Sequence record: SRR2962707_1170
Reading direction: 5' to 3' (one strand)
Length of the DNA: 56,773 bases
The translations under genes and the position numbers were made by a program. The notes beneath the pieces were generated by a model. It was not told where the DNA came from. It worked only from the letters and a program-made list of their open reading frames with translations, and did not search any database. Below are positions 17,949 to 28,565 of this stretch, piece after piece (within the stretch, counting starts at the first letter, position 1; each line of letters begins with the position of its first letter).

Positions 17949-18809
17949 TCAGCCACCAAAGGGCAGGGCCGGAAGCGCGCGTAAATAGAGGATGATGGCG
18001 GCCAGGTCATCGTCTGTCATATTGGCCAGATAGCCATAGGGCATGGGCGGCATCATGCGGTTGCCGTCGGGGCGTAGGCCGTCTGTTATCATTGCGCCAA
18101 GTTCTGCATCGTTATAGCCGCCGAGACCCGTTGGTGTAATATTTGACGCCACTGACGTGCCCCATGGGCCATGAAGCTCGAACCCGCCCGCGCCAAGATG
18201 GCTGTCAAACATCGGTCCCTGAGGCCCAAAAGTGGTATGACATTCCATGCAATGGGCAACGGGTCCGGCCAGATATTCGCCATAGGCTAAGGTGACGCCC
18301 GGAGGGATCGCGGCCACTGTGTCGACCGGCAAGCCATAGGCGGGTGGCAGGGGGATGTTGTAGACACTGTCGCCCGGGTCATTTTCCACGGCGGGGACCT
18401 GGCGTAGATACATGACCATGCTCATAAGATCGTCATCGGACAGGTTTCGATACAGCCCCATGGGCATGGGGGGGCCGATCAGGCTGCCATCTGGGCGAAT
18501 GCCTTCGCGGATGGCCTTGGCTAGCTCGGCGTCGCTCCAATCGGCTATGCGTGAGGCAGGTGTAATATTGGCCGCAATCGCGGTGAAAGCCTCGCTCTTT
18601 TCAACCAACATCCCTGAAAGCGCCATGCCGGGAATGGGACCATTGGGCCCTTGCGGGGTGTGGCAATTGCCGCAGGCGGCAGGGCCTTCGACGAGGTAGG
18701 TGCCGCGTTCCAAGGACGGCTCTGCACCTGCGGCACTCGCCACGAACGTTGCCAGTGCGATTGTTGTGTGGGTGAAGCCGCCGAGCGGTATTCTCTTGCG
18801 TTCAGTCAT
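17949..18809 (-). CDS. Periplasmic diheme cytochrome c with internal duplication
   Basis: CGNCH and CMECH; duplicated NITP...DAEL...G(I/L)RPDG...PPMP...DDDL...YLR; start at MTERKR after a GGGAGG RBS. Confidence 0.88.
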   Translation of the reverse strand: MTERKRIPLGGFTHTTIALATFVASAAGAEPSLERGTYLVEGPAACGNCHTPQGPNGPIPGMALSGMLVEKSEAFTAIAANITPASRIADWSDAELAKAIREGIRPDGSLIGPPMPMGLYRNLSDDDLMSMVMYLRQVPAVENDPGDSVYNIPLPPAYGLPVDTVAAIPPGVTLAYGEYLAGPVAHCMECHTTFGPQGPMFDSHLGAGGFELHGPWGTSVASNITPTGLGGYNDAELGAMITDGLRPDGNRMMPPMPYGYLANMTDDDLAAIILYLRALPALPFGG

Positions 18810-19236
18810 CTTGTGTTCCTCCCATACCGCGACCGTCAGAATTTCCGAGGCGACGTCATGCAGACGTTCACAAAGGAGGCCGCTGCCAAGAATTGTGAGC
18901 TTTTCCCGGGGTTCACTCAACAAAAAAGGGCATTTTGAGATGGGCGCGGAAAGTCGATGAATCTCTCAAAACATGCTGTTTCGCTGTCGTTTGAAGGCTG
19001 TAACCTTTAGCAAATGCACAGCTTTGTGCCGGATCGTCGCGGCGTCTCATTCTGGTCGACGCAAGTGTCCAAAAGGTGCAAAAAAGGCGTGCCCATTGAT
19101 AGATTCAATGGAATACGCTGCAGAAATCTGGTGTTGCGAGAGATTCTTTGTACCAGAAACCCGCGCTTAGAAGGCTTGTCAGTCTGGCGCGCGCATGACC
19201 TCAGGCACGGAAAAAAACCACGTGATCGGCGATGTT

Positions 19237-20268
19237 TTAATTCGTTGTCACGGGGCGCGAGCGCATTCTATTTGCGGTTTCCCGTTCGGCGCGTTTGCAC
19301 CGCATTGGAGGGAGGTTCCGATCCATAAGGTCAAGGTCTTCGAGCACCATGTCGCCCATTTGCGTGAAGGCGGATTCCAAAGCGCCCGCACGGTGGGCAG
19401 AGCGAATGAAGCCAGTCAGATCCCGTACCGGGTGATCTTTGGCCAGAGGCTCTTCGGGGAAAACATCACTTGCTGCCACGATGTGTCCTGATTTGACCGC
19501 ATGGAGCAGGGCATCGAAATCAACCACGTCGGCGCGGCTGAGCAGAATAAAAGCAGCCCCCGGACGCATGCGCAAAAACTCTTCGGTGCCGAGGAAACCC
19601 CGGTTTTCTGAGGTTACCGAAGCGACAACAAAGATGAAGTCAGACTGTTCCAGCACGGTCTCGAGGCTTGCCGGGGTCACCTCATGGTCCACCAATATTG
19701 AAGGGGGCAACCAGGGATCATGGACTTGGACGTTGCAGCGAAATCCCGTCAACAACCGGCGCAACGCTTTCCCAAGATCGCCAAAGCCGACGATCCCGAC
19801 ATCAGCCCCTGACAGAAGGCGCGCGCTTTGGTTGCCGTCTCCGCCCCACTTTTCCTGGCCCGCCCGAAAGTCTGCGTCGGCCTCTGAAATGCCGCGCGCG
19901 AGGTCAAGCGCCAGTCCAAGCCCCAGTTCCGCAACTGGGAGGGCAAAAACAGCGCCTGTGGTGAGAACATGAATCCCACGTTGAAAAACCTCATCATAGG
20001 GCATGTTGTCGATCAAATTTGACTCAACATTCAACACTGCACGCAATTGAGTCATTTTAACCAGAGTCTCAGAAGACAGCGGCGGCTGGCCCAAAATATA
20101 TCGCGCTGATCCCAAAATGGCGTCGTCAAGGCCGGCAACCTGTTCGTCCGTTGTTTCAACGAGGTCATATTTGGCGTGCAACTTCGCCAGTTGGGCTGAG
20201 GAAAAGAGAATGTCCAGCGATCGAGGTTCGGGCGCGCAGATGATTAGAGGCTTTGCGTGGGACATCAT
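19237..20268 (-). CDS. D-isomer-specific 2-hydroxyacid dehydrogenase
   Basis: VGIVGFGDLG Rossmann motif, LLSRADVVD, SDVFPEEP and SAHRAG. Confidence 0.9.
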   Translation of the reverse strand: MMSHAKPLIICAPEPRSLDILFSSAQLAKLHAKYDLVETTDEQVAGLDDAILGSARYILGQPPLSSETLVKMTQLRAVLNVESNLIDNMPYDEVFQRGIHVLTTGAVFALPVAELGLGLALDLARGISEADADFRAGQEKWGGDGNQSARLLSGADVGIVGFGDLGKALRRLLTGFRCNVQVHDPWLPPSILVDHEVTPASLETVLEQSDFIFVVASVTSENRGFLGTEEFLRMRPGAAFILLSRADVVDFDALLHAVKSGHIVAASDVFPEEPLAKDHPVRDLTGFIRSAHRAGALESAFTQMGDMVLEDLDLMDRNLPPMRCKRAERETANRMRSRPVTTN

Positions 20269-20643
20269 GAGTTTCCTGCCGTGTTAAAAGTCGCGTCATG
20301 AATGACCTAACACCGTTTTTCTTTTTCACTCCAGTACGAATAGACATGGGGTTTGCAAGCGGCGTTTGACCGATGTGATTATTGCGCTGATGGGACTCAT
20401 GGCGTGACAGGGGATGTAAATATTTTTGGCGAAGGGTTGTTTGCCTTTGGCCCGTTTCACTGAACCATAGATCTCTGTGAAACCACCTTTTTTCGTCAAG
20501 CGCATTGCCAAGGACGCATTTCGCGCTAGGCCTCATGGGCCTGTTTTCATTTCGACACTTATTGTTCAACGGCGCGGATGAAAAACCAAGAGCAGTGAAT
20601 TATTGCTCTTGGCGTATCTGAATATTCCAATCATATACGGCTG

Positions 20644-21519
20644 GTGTTTTCCAGGTATATTGTCACTTTCTGGCATCATCTTCGGTATGTGCCCCTGTTG
20701 TCTGCGCTCACCTTCTCGAGGTTGCGCGGTTTCGACGGGCGTGCGCGCGCCTTGGGGAAATCTGTTGGCAAAGTCACCCGGTGGTTTCCGATCGCCCGGT
20801 GGCGCATTGAACGAGAGCTGACCCGGGTCTTCCCAGACTTGCCGCGCAACGAACGGCTGAAGCTTTGTCGGGATATCGGGCAGAACATGGGCCAGACATT
20901 GTTTGAGATTTACCATTGCGGCGAATTTCAAACGCTTCAGGATCGATTTACGACGACCGGTCCGGGGCTTGCTGCGCTCGAAGAGGCTCACGCCCAAGGG
21001 AAGGGCGCGATCATCGTCTCTGGCCACTTTGGCCAATGGGAGGCGATCCGCGCCGTCTTGAAGGCCAGAGGCATGGAAACTGGCGCCGTCTACCGCCCTC
21101 AAACCAACCGGCATTACCAACGCCGTTTACTGGCAGGGATTGAAGCGGGCGGTAAACCCATTATGGCGACAGGGAAAATCGGGACCAAGGCGCTGGTGTC
21201 GCATCTGCGCAGCGGCGGATTTATCGCGATCCTGTTGGACGAGAAATCAAACAATGGGGTCCGTCTGCCATTTCTGGGGCATGAGGCGCTGACCTCTTTG
21301 GCGGCAGCGCGGCTGGCGTTGAAATATGACCTTCCGATGGTGCCGGCCTATGGCACAAGAATCGACGGTGGCAGCAATTTTACAGTCGAGTTTGAAGCCC
21401 CGATCACGCCAAGCGATCCGGTCACAATGACCCAGGCTTTTAACGATAGCCTCTCTGCGAGAATTCAAGACAAGCCCGACCAATGGTACTGGATGTTGCG
21501 TCGCTGGGACGGAGTTTAA
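20644..21519 (+). CDS. Lipid A late acyltransferase (LpxL/HtrB family)
   Basis: GKGAIIVSGHFGQWE, VYRPQTN, FLGHEALT and PDQWYWMLRRW; start uncertain. Confidence 0.85.
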   Translation: MFSRYIVTFWHHLRYVPLLSALTFSRLRGFDGRARALGKSVGKVTRWFPIARWRIERELTRVFPDLPRNERLKLCRDIGQNMGQTLFEIYHCGEFQTLQDRFTTTGPGLAALEEAHAQGKGAIIVSGHFGQWEAIRAVLKARGMETGAVYRPQTNRHYQRRLLAGIEAGGKPIMATGKIGTKALVSHLRSGGFIAILLDEKSNNGVRLPFLGHEALTSLAAARLALKYDLPMVPAYGTRIDGGSNFTVEFEAPITPSDPVTMTQAFNDSLSARIQDKPDQWYWMLRRWDGV

Positions 21520-21806
21520 GGCCCGGTCGTCTTTGGCCTTGGCGTTTTCCGTCGATACGCGCCATGATTGTACCGTCATAAATGCCTTAGATTCTTAAGA
21601 TTTGAAGCGACTTTCCGCGTTTGCAAATCAAAAAATGGATGATTTTTGGATATCTCTGCATGGTTTTAAAGGGAAAATTCGATGTCCCCTAAATTCTGAG
21701 AAATCAGCAGAGTTTTACTTGGAAAACCACGGCCGGGGGCATACGCTGAAACTAAATATCAGATTTTAAGAACATTTTGTCTCAATTTAAATTGGAGGGT
21801 TTTCCC

Positions 21807-24479
21807 ATGCCCGAAACAAATTCGCCGAGTGAACTTACAAGTATTTTTAGTGTTTCAGGTACATTAACCGCAAACGATAGATTAGTGCCGGAGCCCGAGA
21901 CCGTAAGGTTAGAGGTTGGAACGTCTTACTATTTCCCAACAACAGTAGGGGCTAGGGCGCGCGTTGATGTCGCTTACGTTGGGGTTCCAAATACCACGAT
22001 CCACAATCTGAACGGTTTAGAGTGGGGCCTATATACGCAAGGCCGAACGTACAGCCCTGTTGTGTCAGGGGACCATGCAATCGGTCTCATCAAGTACAAC
22101 TACTCGAGTGCTTCGGTAGATTATGCGCTGAATGTCTATTCTTACGAAGATGACTATCTGGAAACCAACGCAACGACTGGCCTTTTGGAGCCCGGTGTTC
22201 CGCTCCAAGGTGTGATCGAAGTTGATGGTGATGTGGACAGGTTTCGCCTGTCGGTAGAGGCCGGGGGAACCTATGGGGTTGTGATGGAAGGCGTTTCTTT
22301 AAGAGAAGGCCTGTTGCTTGGGGTTTTTGATGCCGAAGGAAACCGGGTCGCTAACAGTTTTGGCGATTATTATTCAAATAACGAAGCAGAAGGCAGGACA
22401 GAATTTGTCGCCACAGAAACGCGCGATGTGTTTGTGGCTGTAACGAATGCTCGGCCAAGTGCTGACACCGGCGATATGCTCAACGGCAGCTACACGGTGA
22501 TTGTTTCGGAACAGCTTGATGATTTTTCGAACGGGACCGATACGACCGGGGTGTTGCCCATCGATGGGCAGGTGACTGGTGAGATCGAAGTGCCGGGCGA
22601 CGTCGACTGGTTCGCGGTCGAACTGGAAGCGGGGCAACGCTATCTCATTAATTTCGAGGGTGCAGCGTCCGGCATGGGAACGCTATTCGATCCCTACCTT
22701 AGGGGGCTTTTCAATTCCGATGGCACATACGCCGGTGGTGCTAACGACGATTCCGGGCTTGGAAGAAACAGTCGCAGTTTCGTGACGGTTGATCAAAGCG
22801 GGACGTATTATGTTTCAACCTCGGCTTATTCCAGTTCCAACGCATCTGTAGGTACATACACTCTAAGTATCGATCAGTTCGAAGATGATTTTGGCGATTC
22901 TGCCGACACTGCAGGGACCTTGGAGCCTGGCGCGTCCATTACAGGGACGATTGACCATCCGTATATTCCTGGGATTGGCATGGATCTCGACTGGTTTTCC
23001 GTGTCGGTCGAAGCTGGCAAAATCTACAGCTTCGAAGTCTCTACGCCAAGCGACCCGTCAGATCCTCCCGTCACTGCTTTAGTTGAGGGCATTTATGCCG
23101 CCAACGGTGCCTGGTTGATGTCGCCACAACAGGCGACTCAACTCTTCAGTGCGACAGAGGATGGCACGGTTTTTGTTTCGGTACAGGCAGCTTACATCGA
23201 AGACGTCGGACAGTACAATCTGGCCGCAAATGTCGTCTATGCCGCGAGTGAGGCAGAGTTGGTGTCGTGGGGTGTTGGCGAGGCCATTCGGCCAGTTAAC
23301 CTTCCAGAATATGTCATTTTGCGAGATGCTGTCGGCAGCCTTGGACGTGAGATCTTTGCCGGGACTGAACGGGCTGATATTATACGGGGGTTGGCGGGTG
23401 CGGATACAATTGTCGGCGGCGGTGGTGACGATGTTTTGGTCGGTGATGATGCTATTTCACCGGACCATCTGATTTCAGACGGCGCCCGGATCTATCGTGC
23501 GTATGACGCGATATTGGGGCGTGCTCCAGATGCACAAGGTCTTGATTATCACGTGTCACAGGGTGATTTATTGTCGCCATGGCAATTGGCTTTTAACCTT
23601 ATCAACAGCGCGGAATTTAACCGCGCTCATGGAACTTTGTCGAATTCAGAGTTCGTTGATCTGTTGTATACCAACCTGCGTGGCGAAGGGGGGGCTGGCG
23701 ATGACCCGGCCCGAGATCAGATGATTGCGCAACTCGATTCCGGGTGGGCCGATCGTGGATATATTGCTCAGGTCGTTTTCGACAGCACCGAGTTGAGGAA
23801 CAGGCTGGACGGTGCTGATTTCCAAAACATGTTACAGGACAATCCGGCCGCTGCCAGTGATGATGTCTTTGCCGTATATCGCGCTGTTCTGGGTCGTGAT
23901 CCCGACCTTGCCGGGTTTCAAAACTGGATTAAGGCGATGGGCGACGGTCTGGACTTGTCAGGGCTGGCAGAACGTTTCCTGTCATCGCGTGAATTTGCGC
24001 TGAACGGGTCGTTAGGTGACCAAGGCTTTGCCGAACATGTATTGGCGGGGCTCAGCGGTGATGCGGCGGGCGCGATAGATCTGGATACCGCCATTGCATT
24101 GTTGGAGGGCGGCGTTGACCGCGCAGATTTTGTGGCAGCGATGTCTATTCTCGCTGAACCCAGCGAGCTGAACACATGGATGCGCAGTAATGGCGTTGAT
24201 GATGTTCTGGTGGGCGGAACGGGTGACAACACTCTTTACGGTGGCCTTATGTCGGACCGCTTTGTCTTTGCCCCCAGCGATGGCGGCGAGCAACGGATCA
24301 TGGATCTGGAGGCATGGGACATCCTCGACCTGACTGGCTTTGGCTTTGCAGACATTGAGGGCGCGCGGGCGGCGTTTGAACAACAAGGCGAGGATTTGAT
24401 GTTCACGGACCAAGGTGTGTCTGTGCATATCAAAGATTTCGCTTTGTCAGCCCTAAGCGATGAAATCCTGATGATTTAA
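21807..24479 (+). CDS. Putative secreted surface protein: three PPC-like beta-sandwich repeats, DUF4214 domains, RTX-like Ca-binding repeats
   Basis: Three G.IE..GD.DWF.V..EAG..Y repeats; RIYRAYDAILGRAPDAQG and VYRAVLGRDPDLAGFQNW (DUF4214); GGGGDDVLVG and GGTGDNTLYGG; T1SS-like C-terminus. Confidence 0.75.
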   Translation: MPETNSPSELTSIFSVSGTLTANDRLVPEPETVRLEVGTSYYFPTTVGARARVDVAYVGVPNTTIHNLNGLEWGLYTQGRTYSPVVSGDHAIGLIKYNYSSASVDYALNVYSYEDDYLETNATTGLLEPGVPLQGVIEVDGDVDRFRLSVEAGGTYGVVMEGVSLREGLLLGVFDAEGNRVANSFGDYYSNNEAEGRTEFVATETRDVFVAVTNARPSADTGDMLNGSYTVIVSEQLDDFSNGTDTTGVLPIDGQVTGEIEVPGDVDWFAVELEAGQRYLINFEGAASGMGTLFDPYLRGLFNSDGTYAGGANDDSGLGRNSRSFVTVDQSGTYYVSTSAYSSSNASVGTYTLSIDQFEDDFGDSADTAGTLEPGASITGTIDHPYIPGIGMDLDWFSVSVEAGKIYSFEVSTPSDPSDPPVTALVEGIYAANGAWLMSPQQATQLFSATEDGTVFVSVQAAYIEDVGQYNLAANVVYAASEAELVSWGVGEAIRPVNLPEYVILRDAVGSLGREIFAGTERADIIRGLAGADTIVGGGGDDVLVGDDAISPDHLISDGARIYRAYDAILGRAPDAQGLDYHVSQGDLLSPWQLAFNLINSAEFNRAHGTLSNSEFVDLLYTNLRGEGGAGDDPARDQMIAQLDSGWADRGYIAQVVFDSTELRNRLDGADFQNMLQDNPAAASDDVFAVYRAVLGRDPDLAGFQNWIKAMGDGLDLSGLAERFLSSREFALNGSLGDQGFAEHVLAGLSGDAAGAIDLDTAIALLEGGVDRADFVAAMSILAEPSELNTWMRSNGVDDVLVGGTGDNTLYGGLMSDRFVFAPSDGGEQRIMDLEAWDILDLTGFGFADIEGARAAFEQQGEDLMFTDQGVSVHIKDFALSALSDEILMI

Positions 24480-24629
24480 AAGGGTCTCAAATCGCTCGGC
24501 ATGATGCGGTTGTTCCCAATTTTCCACCTTTTGTGTTTCAATAAAGGGTGGGAAATGCTGCCAGACATTTGGGTGAAAGGACAGGTTTATCGCACAAATT
24601 CCGACTTGGTAGGAATGCCATGGTGCGAG

Positions 24630-25535
24630 TCAAATATCGCCGCCAATATTGAGCATTAATTCCCGCATTAACGCAGCTTCGGTGTCGTATTGCTGATGAT
24701 CCTTCCAGATGAGAAATTCCGTTATGCGAGGAATTTCGCAAGGGGAGGTGAGGGTGGTCAAACCGTCCAGGTTGCCCAATTGCTTCAAAAGCCGATTGTG
24801 GATGGTTGCTATATTGGGGGTCCCTGCAATGTAATGCGGCAGGACCACAAAGCTGGGTAAAGATGCGGCGATTTTGATGTCGAACTCTTGCTCGGTTAGC
24901 CAAAGCTCAACGTGGCTTTTCCCGTTCCCAACAAAGAAATTGGTGACAACATGCGGCGCAGTCAAATAGTCGTCGAGAGACAATCCAACTTTTGCCGCTG
25001 GGTTGGTATTGCAGACAACGCATTGAAACCCGTCTTCGAACAAGGGAGCCGAATGAAAACTTTCGTCCAAGGCAAAAACCGGTCCAATTAAGAAATCGAT
25101 TTTTCCCCGTGTGAAGCGGTCCATGGCTTCTTCGCTGAACGGGACGACAGCAAGAGAAACACCCGGGGCCAAAACAGACAGGCGTTTGGAAACGGCAGAC
25201 AGATACACGGCTGCTACATAATCGGACGCCAATACGGTAAACTGACGTTTGAGCGAAGACGCTTCTGCGCTGGCCCGCATGCGCGACAAAGCCCGTAGTC
25301 GGGTCACCATGTCGGGAACAATGGCCGCGATGGATTGGCCAAAGGGGCTGGGGCACATCTTTTGACCGTCGTAATAGAGAATTTCGTCATCAAAATGCGC
25401 GCGGGCGCGATTCAACGCGCTGCTAACTGCTGACTGTGTCAGGTTTAATTCGTCCGCGGCGGCCGTCACGCTTTGAGTGCGCATAAGGGCATCAAGGGCG
25501 ACGAGCAGGTTTAAGTCAAGTTTCTCTAGATGCAT
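24630..25535 (-). CDS. LysR-type regulator, NodD/FdeR-like
   Basis: LDLNLLVALDALMRTQSVTAAADELNLTQSAVSSALNR closely follows the NodD N-terminus; divergent from the TRAP operon. Confidence 0.9.
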   Translation of the reverse strand: MHLEKLDLNLLVALDALMRTQSVTAAADELNLTQSAVSSALNRARAHFDDEILYYDGQKMCPSPFGQSIAAIVPDMVTRLRALSRMRASAEASSLKRQFTVLASDYVAAVYLSAVSKRLSVLAPGVSLAVVPFSEEAMDRFTRGKIDFLIGPVFALDESFHSAPLFEDGFQCVVCNTNPAAKVGLSLDDYLTAPHVVTNFFVGNGKSHVELWLTEQEFDIKIAASLPSFVVLPHYIAGTPNIATIHNRLLKQLGNLDGLTTLTSPCEIPRITEFLIWKDHQQYDTEAALMRELMLNIGGDI

Positions 25536-25669
25536 ACGATATTAACATCATCTCTAACCGGTAGCATCAATATTAATTTCCTAACTGACGATAATTAGCT
25601 TCTAATCTTTCGTATAGGTGCAGCAGCCGGGGGGAGCTTGGCTGCGCGCGAGATGTTTGGGAGGACACC

Positions 25670-26725
25670 ATGAAATTTGCCAAATTGGGTGCAGTTGCTT
25701 TGTGCCTGTTGTCATCCACAGCCGCTATGGCCGACAGTTACAACGTCACGATTGTCACGGGCCACCCGCCGGTTTTCCGCTGGGTTAAAATGTACCCGGA
25801 ATCTTTTATTCCGTCGGTGACCAAAAAGTTGGAAGCCATGGGGCATTCGATCCGTTTTTCTGAACAATACGGCGGATCCATTGCGGGTGTCGGTGAAGAG
25901 CTGGAAACGGTCGAAGCGGGCCTAGCTGAAATCGGCGGGTGTTCAACCCTGTTCGATCCCGGAAAAATGGCCGTCCAGAACGTTTCATATTACACGCCCT
26001 TCGTCACCGATGATGCCCGGCTGGTTGCGGATACGTTGCACGAGCTTCATATTACGGACCCCCGGATGCAGCAGGCCTATGCTGACAATGGTGTGGTTTA
26101 CCTTGGTGCGCCGACCACAATTGACGACTATGTTCTGATGACCAACTTCCCAGTGAACTCGCTGGCGGACCTAGATGGCCGAAAGATTGCCGCTCCGGGT
26201 GCTGCAATCAACTGGCTGTCAGGAACAGGCGCGGTTGGGGTGCAGGGAAATCTGACCACCTATTACAACGAACTTCAGACAGGCGTTTATGATGGCGTTA
26301 TCGTCTTTGCATCGGCGGCATTCCCGGGCAAGCTATATGAAGTCGCGCCTTATCTGACAAAGGCTGGGCTAGGTGCTCAGTTTGCAGGCCTTGTTTGTGC
26401 CAATGTGGATTGGTGGGAAGGGTTGCCAGAGGATGTTCAAACCGCGTTCCGAGAAGCCGCTGACGAAACAGCGGCATGGTATATCGGCGACCTCGAGAAC
26501 TTTGTAACGATTGCTTACAACGCCATGGAAGCCGCTGGCACAACGATCACCGATGCCAGCGAAGACATGCGCCAGGATTGGGCAAATGGCATGGCGAATG
26601 CCGCAAAAGTTTGGGCCGAGGGTCTTGATGCTGAAGGCAAAGATGCCTCGGGTGTTCTGAGCCTTTACATGGACAAAATGCGGGCCGGTGGTGCGATGCC
26701 ATTGCGTGACTGGGACAAAGAGTAA
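25670..26725 (+). CDS. dctP: TRAP transporter substrate-binding protein (DctP family)
   Basis: Signal peptide; SLADLDGRKI, YNELQTGVYDG, KLYEVAPY, WWEGLPEDVQ. Confidence 0.88.
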   Translation: MKFAKLGAVALCLLSSTAAMADSYNVTIVTGHPPVFRWVKMYPESFIPSVTKKLEAMGHSIRFSEQYGGSIAGVGEELETVEAGLAEIGGCSTLFDPGKMAVQNVSYYTPFVTDDARLVADTLHELHITDPRMQQAYADNGVVYLGAPTTIDDYVLMTNFPVNSLADLDGRKIAAPGAAINWLSGTGAVGVQGNLTTYYNELQTGVYDGVIVFASAAFPGKLYEVAPYLTKAGLGAQFAGLVCANVDWWEGLPEDVQTAFREAADETAAWYIGDLENFVTIAYNAMEAAGTTITDASEDMRQDWANGMANAAKVWAEGLDAEGKDASGVLSLYMDKMRAGGAMPLRDWDKE

Positions 26726-27240
26726 TGTCGCCTTCCTCCCGCCCTTTGCGTGTGCTCGACTGGGCGACGCAAGGGGCAAATATTGTCGGAACCATGCTCA
26801 TCGTGGGTTTGGTTCTGATTATCTGTATCGATGTTTTGGGCCGAAACCTGTTTGGTGCCCCTTTGGCCGGCGTGCCAGAGATGGTCTCATTGTCGATTGT
26901 CGCAATCGTTTTTTTGCAGGTCCCTCAGGCGCTTAGATCTGGGAGGTTGACCCGGTCAGACGGGTTGATTTCGGGGTTGCACAAAAGCGCGCCGCGCACG
27001 GCTGCGACGATGGAAGTACTTTTTGATCTGCTCGGGTTTCTGGTGGTCTCGACCATAATCTATGCGCATTGGCCGATCCTGATGAAGGCGATCACACGCA
27101 ATGAATATGTTGGTGCCGTTGGCAATTTCACGATGCCGACCTGGCCCGCCAAGCTGATGATTTTGGTTGGTGCATCATTGCTGGCCTTGCAATTTTTAGC
27201 GCGGATTTACCAGCGCTTGACGAAAGGCACGCCTTTATGA
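26725..27240 (+). CDS. dctQ: TRAP small permease
   Basis: Four TM segments; DVLGRNLFGAPLAGVPE; overlaps both neighbours (operon). Confidence 0.88.
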   Translation: MSPSSRPLRVLDWATQGANIVGTMLIVGLVLIICIDVLGRNLFGAPLAGVPEMVSLSIVAIVFLQVPQALRSGRLTRSDGLISGLHKSAPRTAATMEVLFDLLGFLVVSTIIYAHWPILMKAITRNEYVGAVGNFTMPTWPAKLMILVGASLLALQFLARIYQRLTKGTPL

Positions 27241-28547
27241 CTGATTTTGCAATTGGCATGTTCAGCTTGCTGGCCATGGGCGGCTTAGTGCTGGGCGGCC
27301 TGTATGTGCCCATCGCTTTGATCCTATGCTCGTTTGTCGGCGTTTGGGCCATTAAGGGCACGCCCTTGCTTGCGGCTAAGATGTTAGGACTTGCGGCAAA
27401 TGATGCGATTTCCAGCTACTTTTTTGGCGTCGTTCCTGTGTTTGTCTTAATGGGTTTTCTAGTGTCAGAAAGCGGAATGGGGCGCGACGCTTTTGATGTG
27501 GCGAACGCCATGTTCAAAAGGATCAAGGGCGGATTGGGCATAGGCACAATCGTAGCCAACACTATTTTTGCTGCCATTACAGGGATTTCTATCGCGTCGG
27601 CGGCTGTTTTTACCAAGCTTGCGGTGCCTGAGTTGCGCCGACATGGCTATACCACCCGGTTTTCAGTTGGGGTCGTCGCGGGAAGTTCGGTTTTAGGCAT
27701 GTTGATCCCGCCAAGCCTTTTGATGATCTTGTACGGTCTGTTGGCGGAGCAATCCATTGGGGATCTGTTCCTTGCCGGTCTTGGACCTGGGTTGCTGCTG
27801 GCCTTTCTTTTTGGCGCGGGCACGATCCTGATGGCCTATTTCGCACCGGGCTTTATCGGTCATTCTCTGAGTGCAGATTCAGATCGGATGCCCCCGCGTG
27901 AAGTTCTGTCAAAGGGGATGCCGATTGCCTTGCTAATCGGACTTGTTTTGGGCGGGCTATATCTGGGCTTCTTTACGCCGGTCGAGGCTGGCGCTGTCGG
28001 TGTCGCCGGAGCGTTGATCATTGGGGTCGCCAAACGTCGCCTGTCACTTGAGGCGCTTTGGCGGGTGTTGGTTGAGACCGGACTGATTACGGCGGCCATC
28101 TCATTTCTGATCATTGCGGCCCAGATGTATTCACGCATGTTAGCGTTTTCGGGTGTGCCTGCGGAATTTGGCGCCATGGTGGCGGGGGCTGAAATGAGCC
28201 AACTGGCCATTATTCTGCTTTATGTTCTTGTGGTGATCCTCTTCGGAATGATCCTCGACAGTGGTTCGATCATGCTAATCCTTGTGCCGTTGATGCTTCC
28301 TGTCATGATCGGACTGAATGTCGATCTGGTGTGGTTTGGGGTAGTTACCGTAATCGCTGTGGAAATCGGTCTGCTGACACCGCCCTTTGGAATCTCGGTC
28401 TATGTGATCAAGTCCAGCCTTAACGACCCGAGTGTTAGCCTGAAGGATATCTTCATTGGGGCGGCCCCATTTGCAGCTATGATGTTGATTTGCCTTGGAT
28501 TAGTCATTGCCTTTCCCGTCATTGCAACCGGATTATTGGGGCGCTAG
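27237..28547 (+). CDS. dctM: TRAP large permease
   Basis: LGMLIPPSLLMILYG, FFTPVEAGAVG and EIGLLTPPFG. Confidence 0.93.
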   Translation: MTDFAIGMFSLLAMGGLVLGGLYVPIALILCSFVGVWAIKGTPLLAAKMLGLAANDAISSYFFGVVPVFVLMGFLVSESGMGRDAFDVANAMFKRIKGGLGIGTIVANTIFAAITGISIASAAVFTKLAVPELRRHGYTTRFSVGVVAGSSVLGMLIPPSLLMILYGLLAEQSIGDLFLAGLGPGLLLAFLFGAGTILMAYFAPGFIGHSLSADSDRMPPREVLSKGMPIALLIGLVLGGLYLGFFTPVEAGAVGVAGALIIGVAKRRLSLEALWRVLVETGLITAAISFLIIAAQMYSRMLAFSGVPAEFGAMVAGAEMSQLAIILLYVLVVILFGMILDSGSIMLILVPLMLPVMIGLNVDLVWFGVVTVIAVEIGLLTPPFGISVYVIKSSLNDPSVSLKDIFIGAAPFAAMMLICLGLVIAFPVIATGLLGR

Positions 28548-28565
28548 GCCCATACGGAGACCGAC

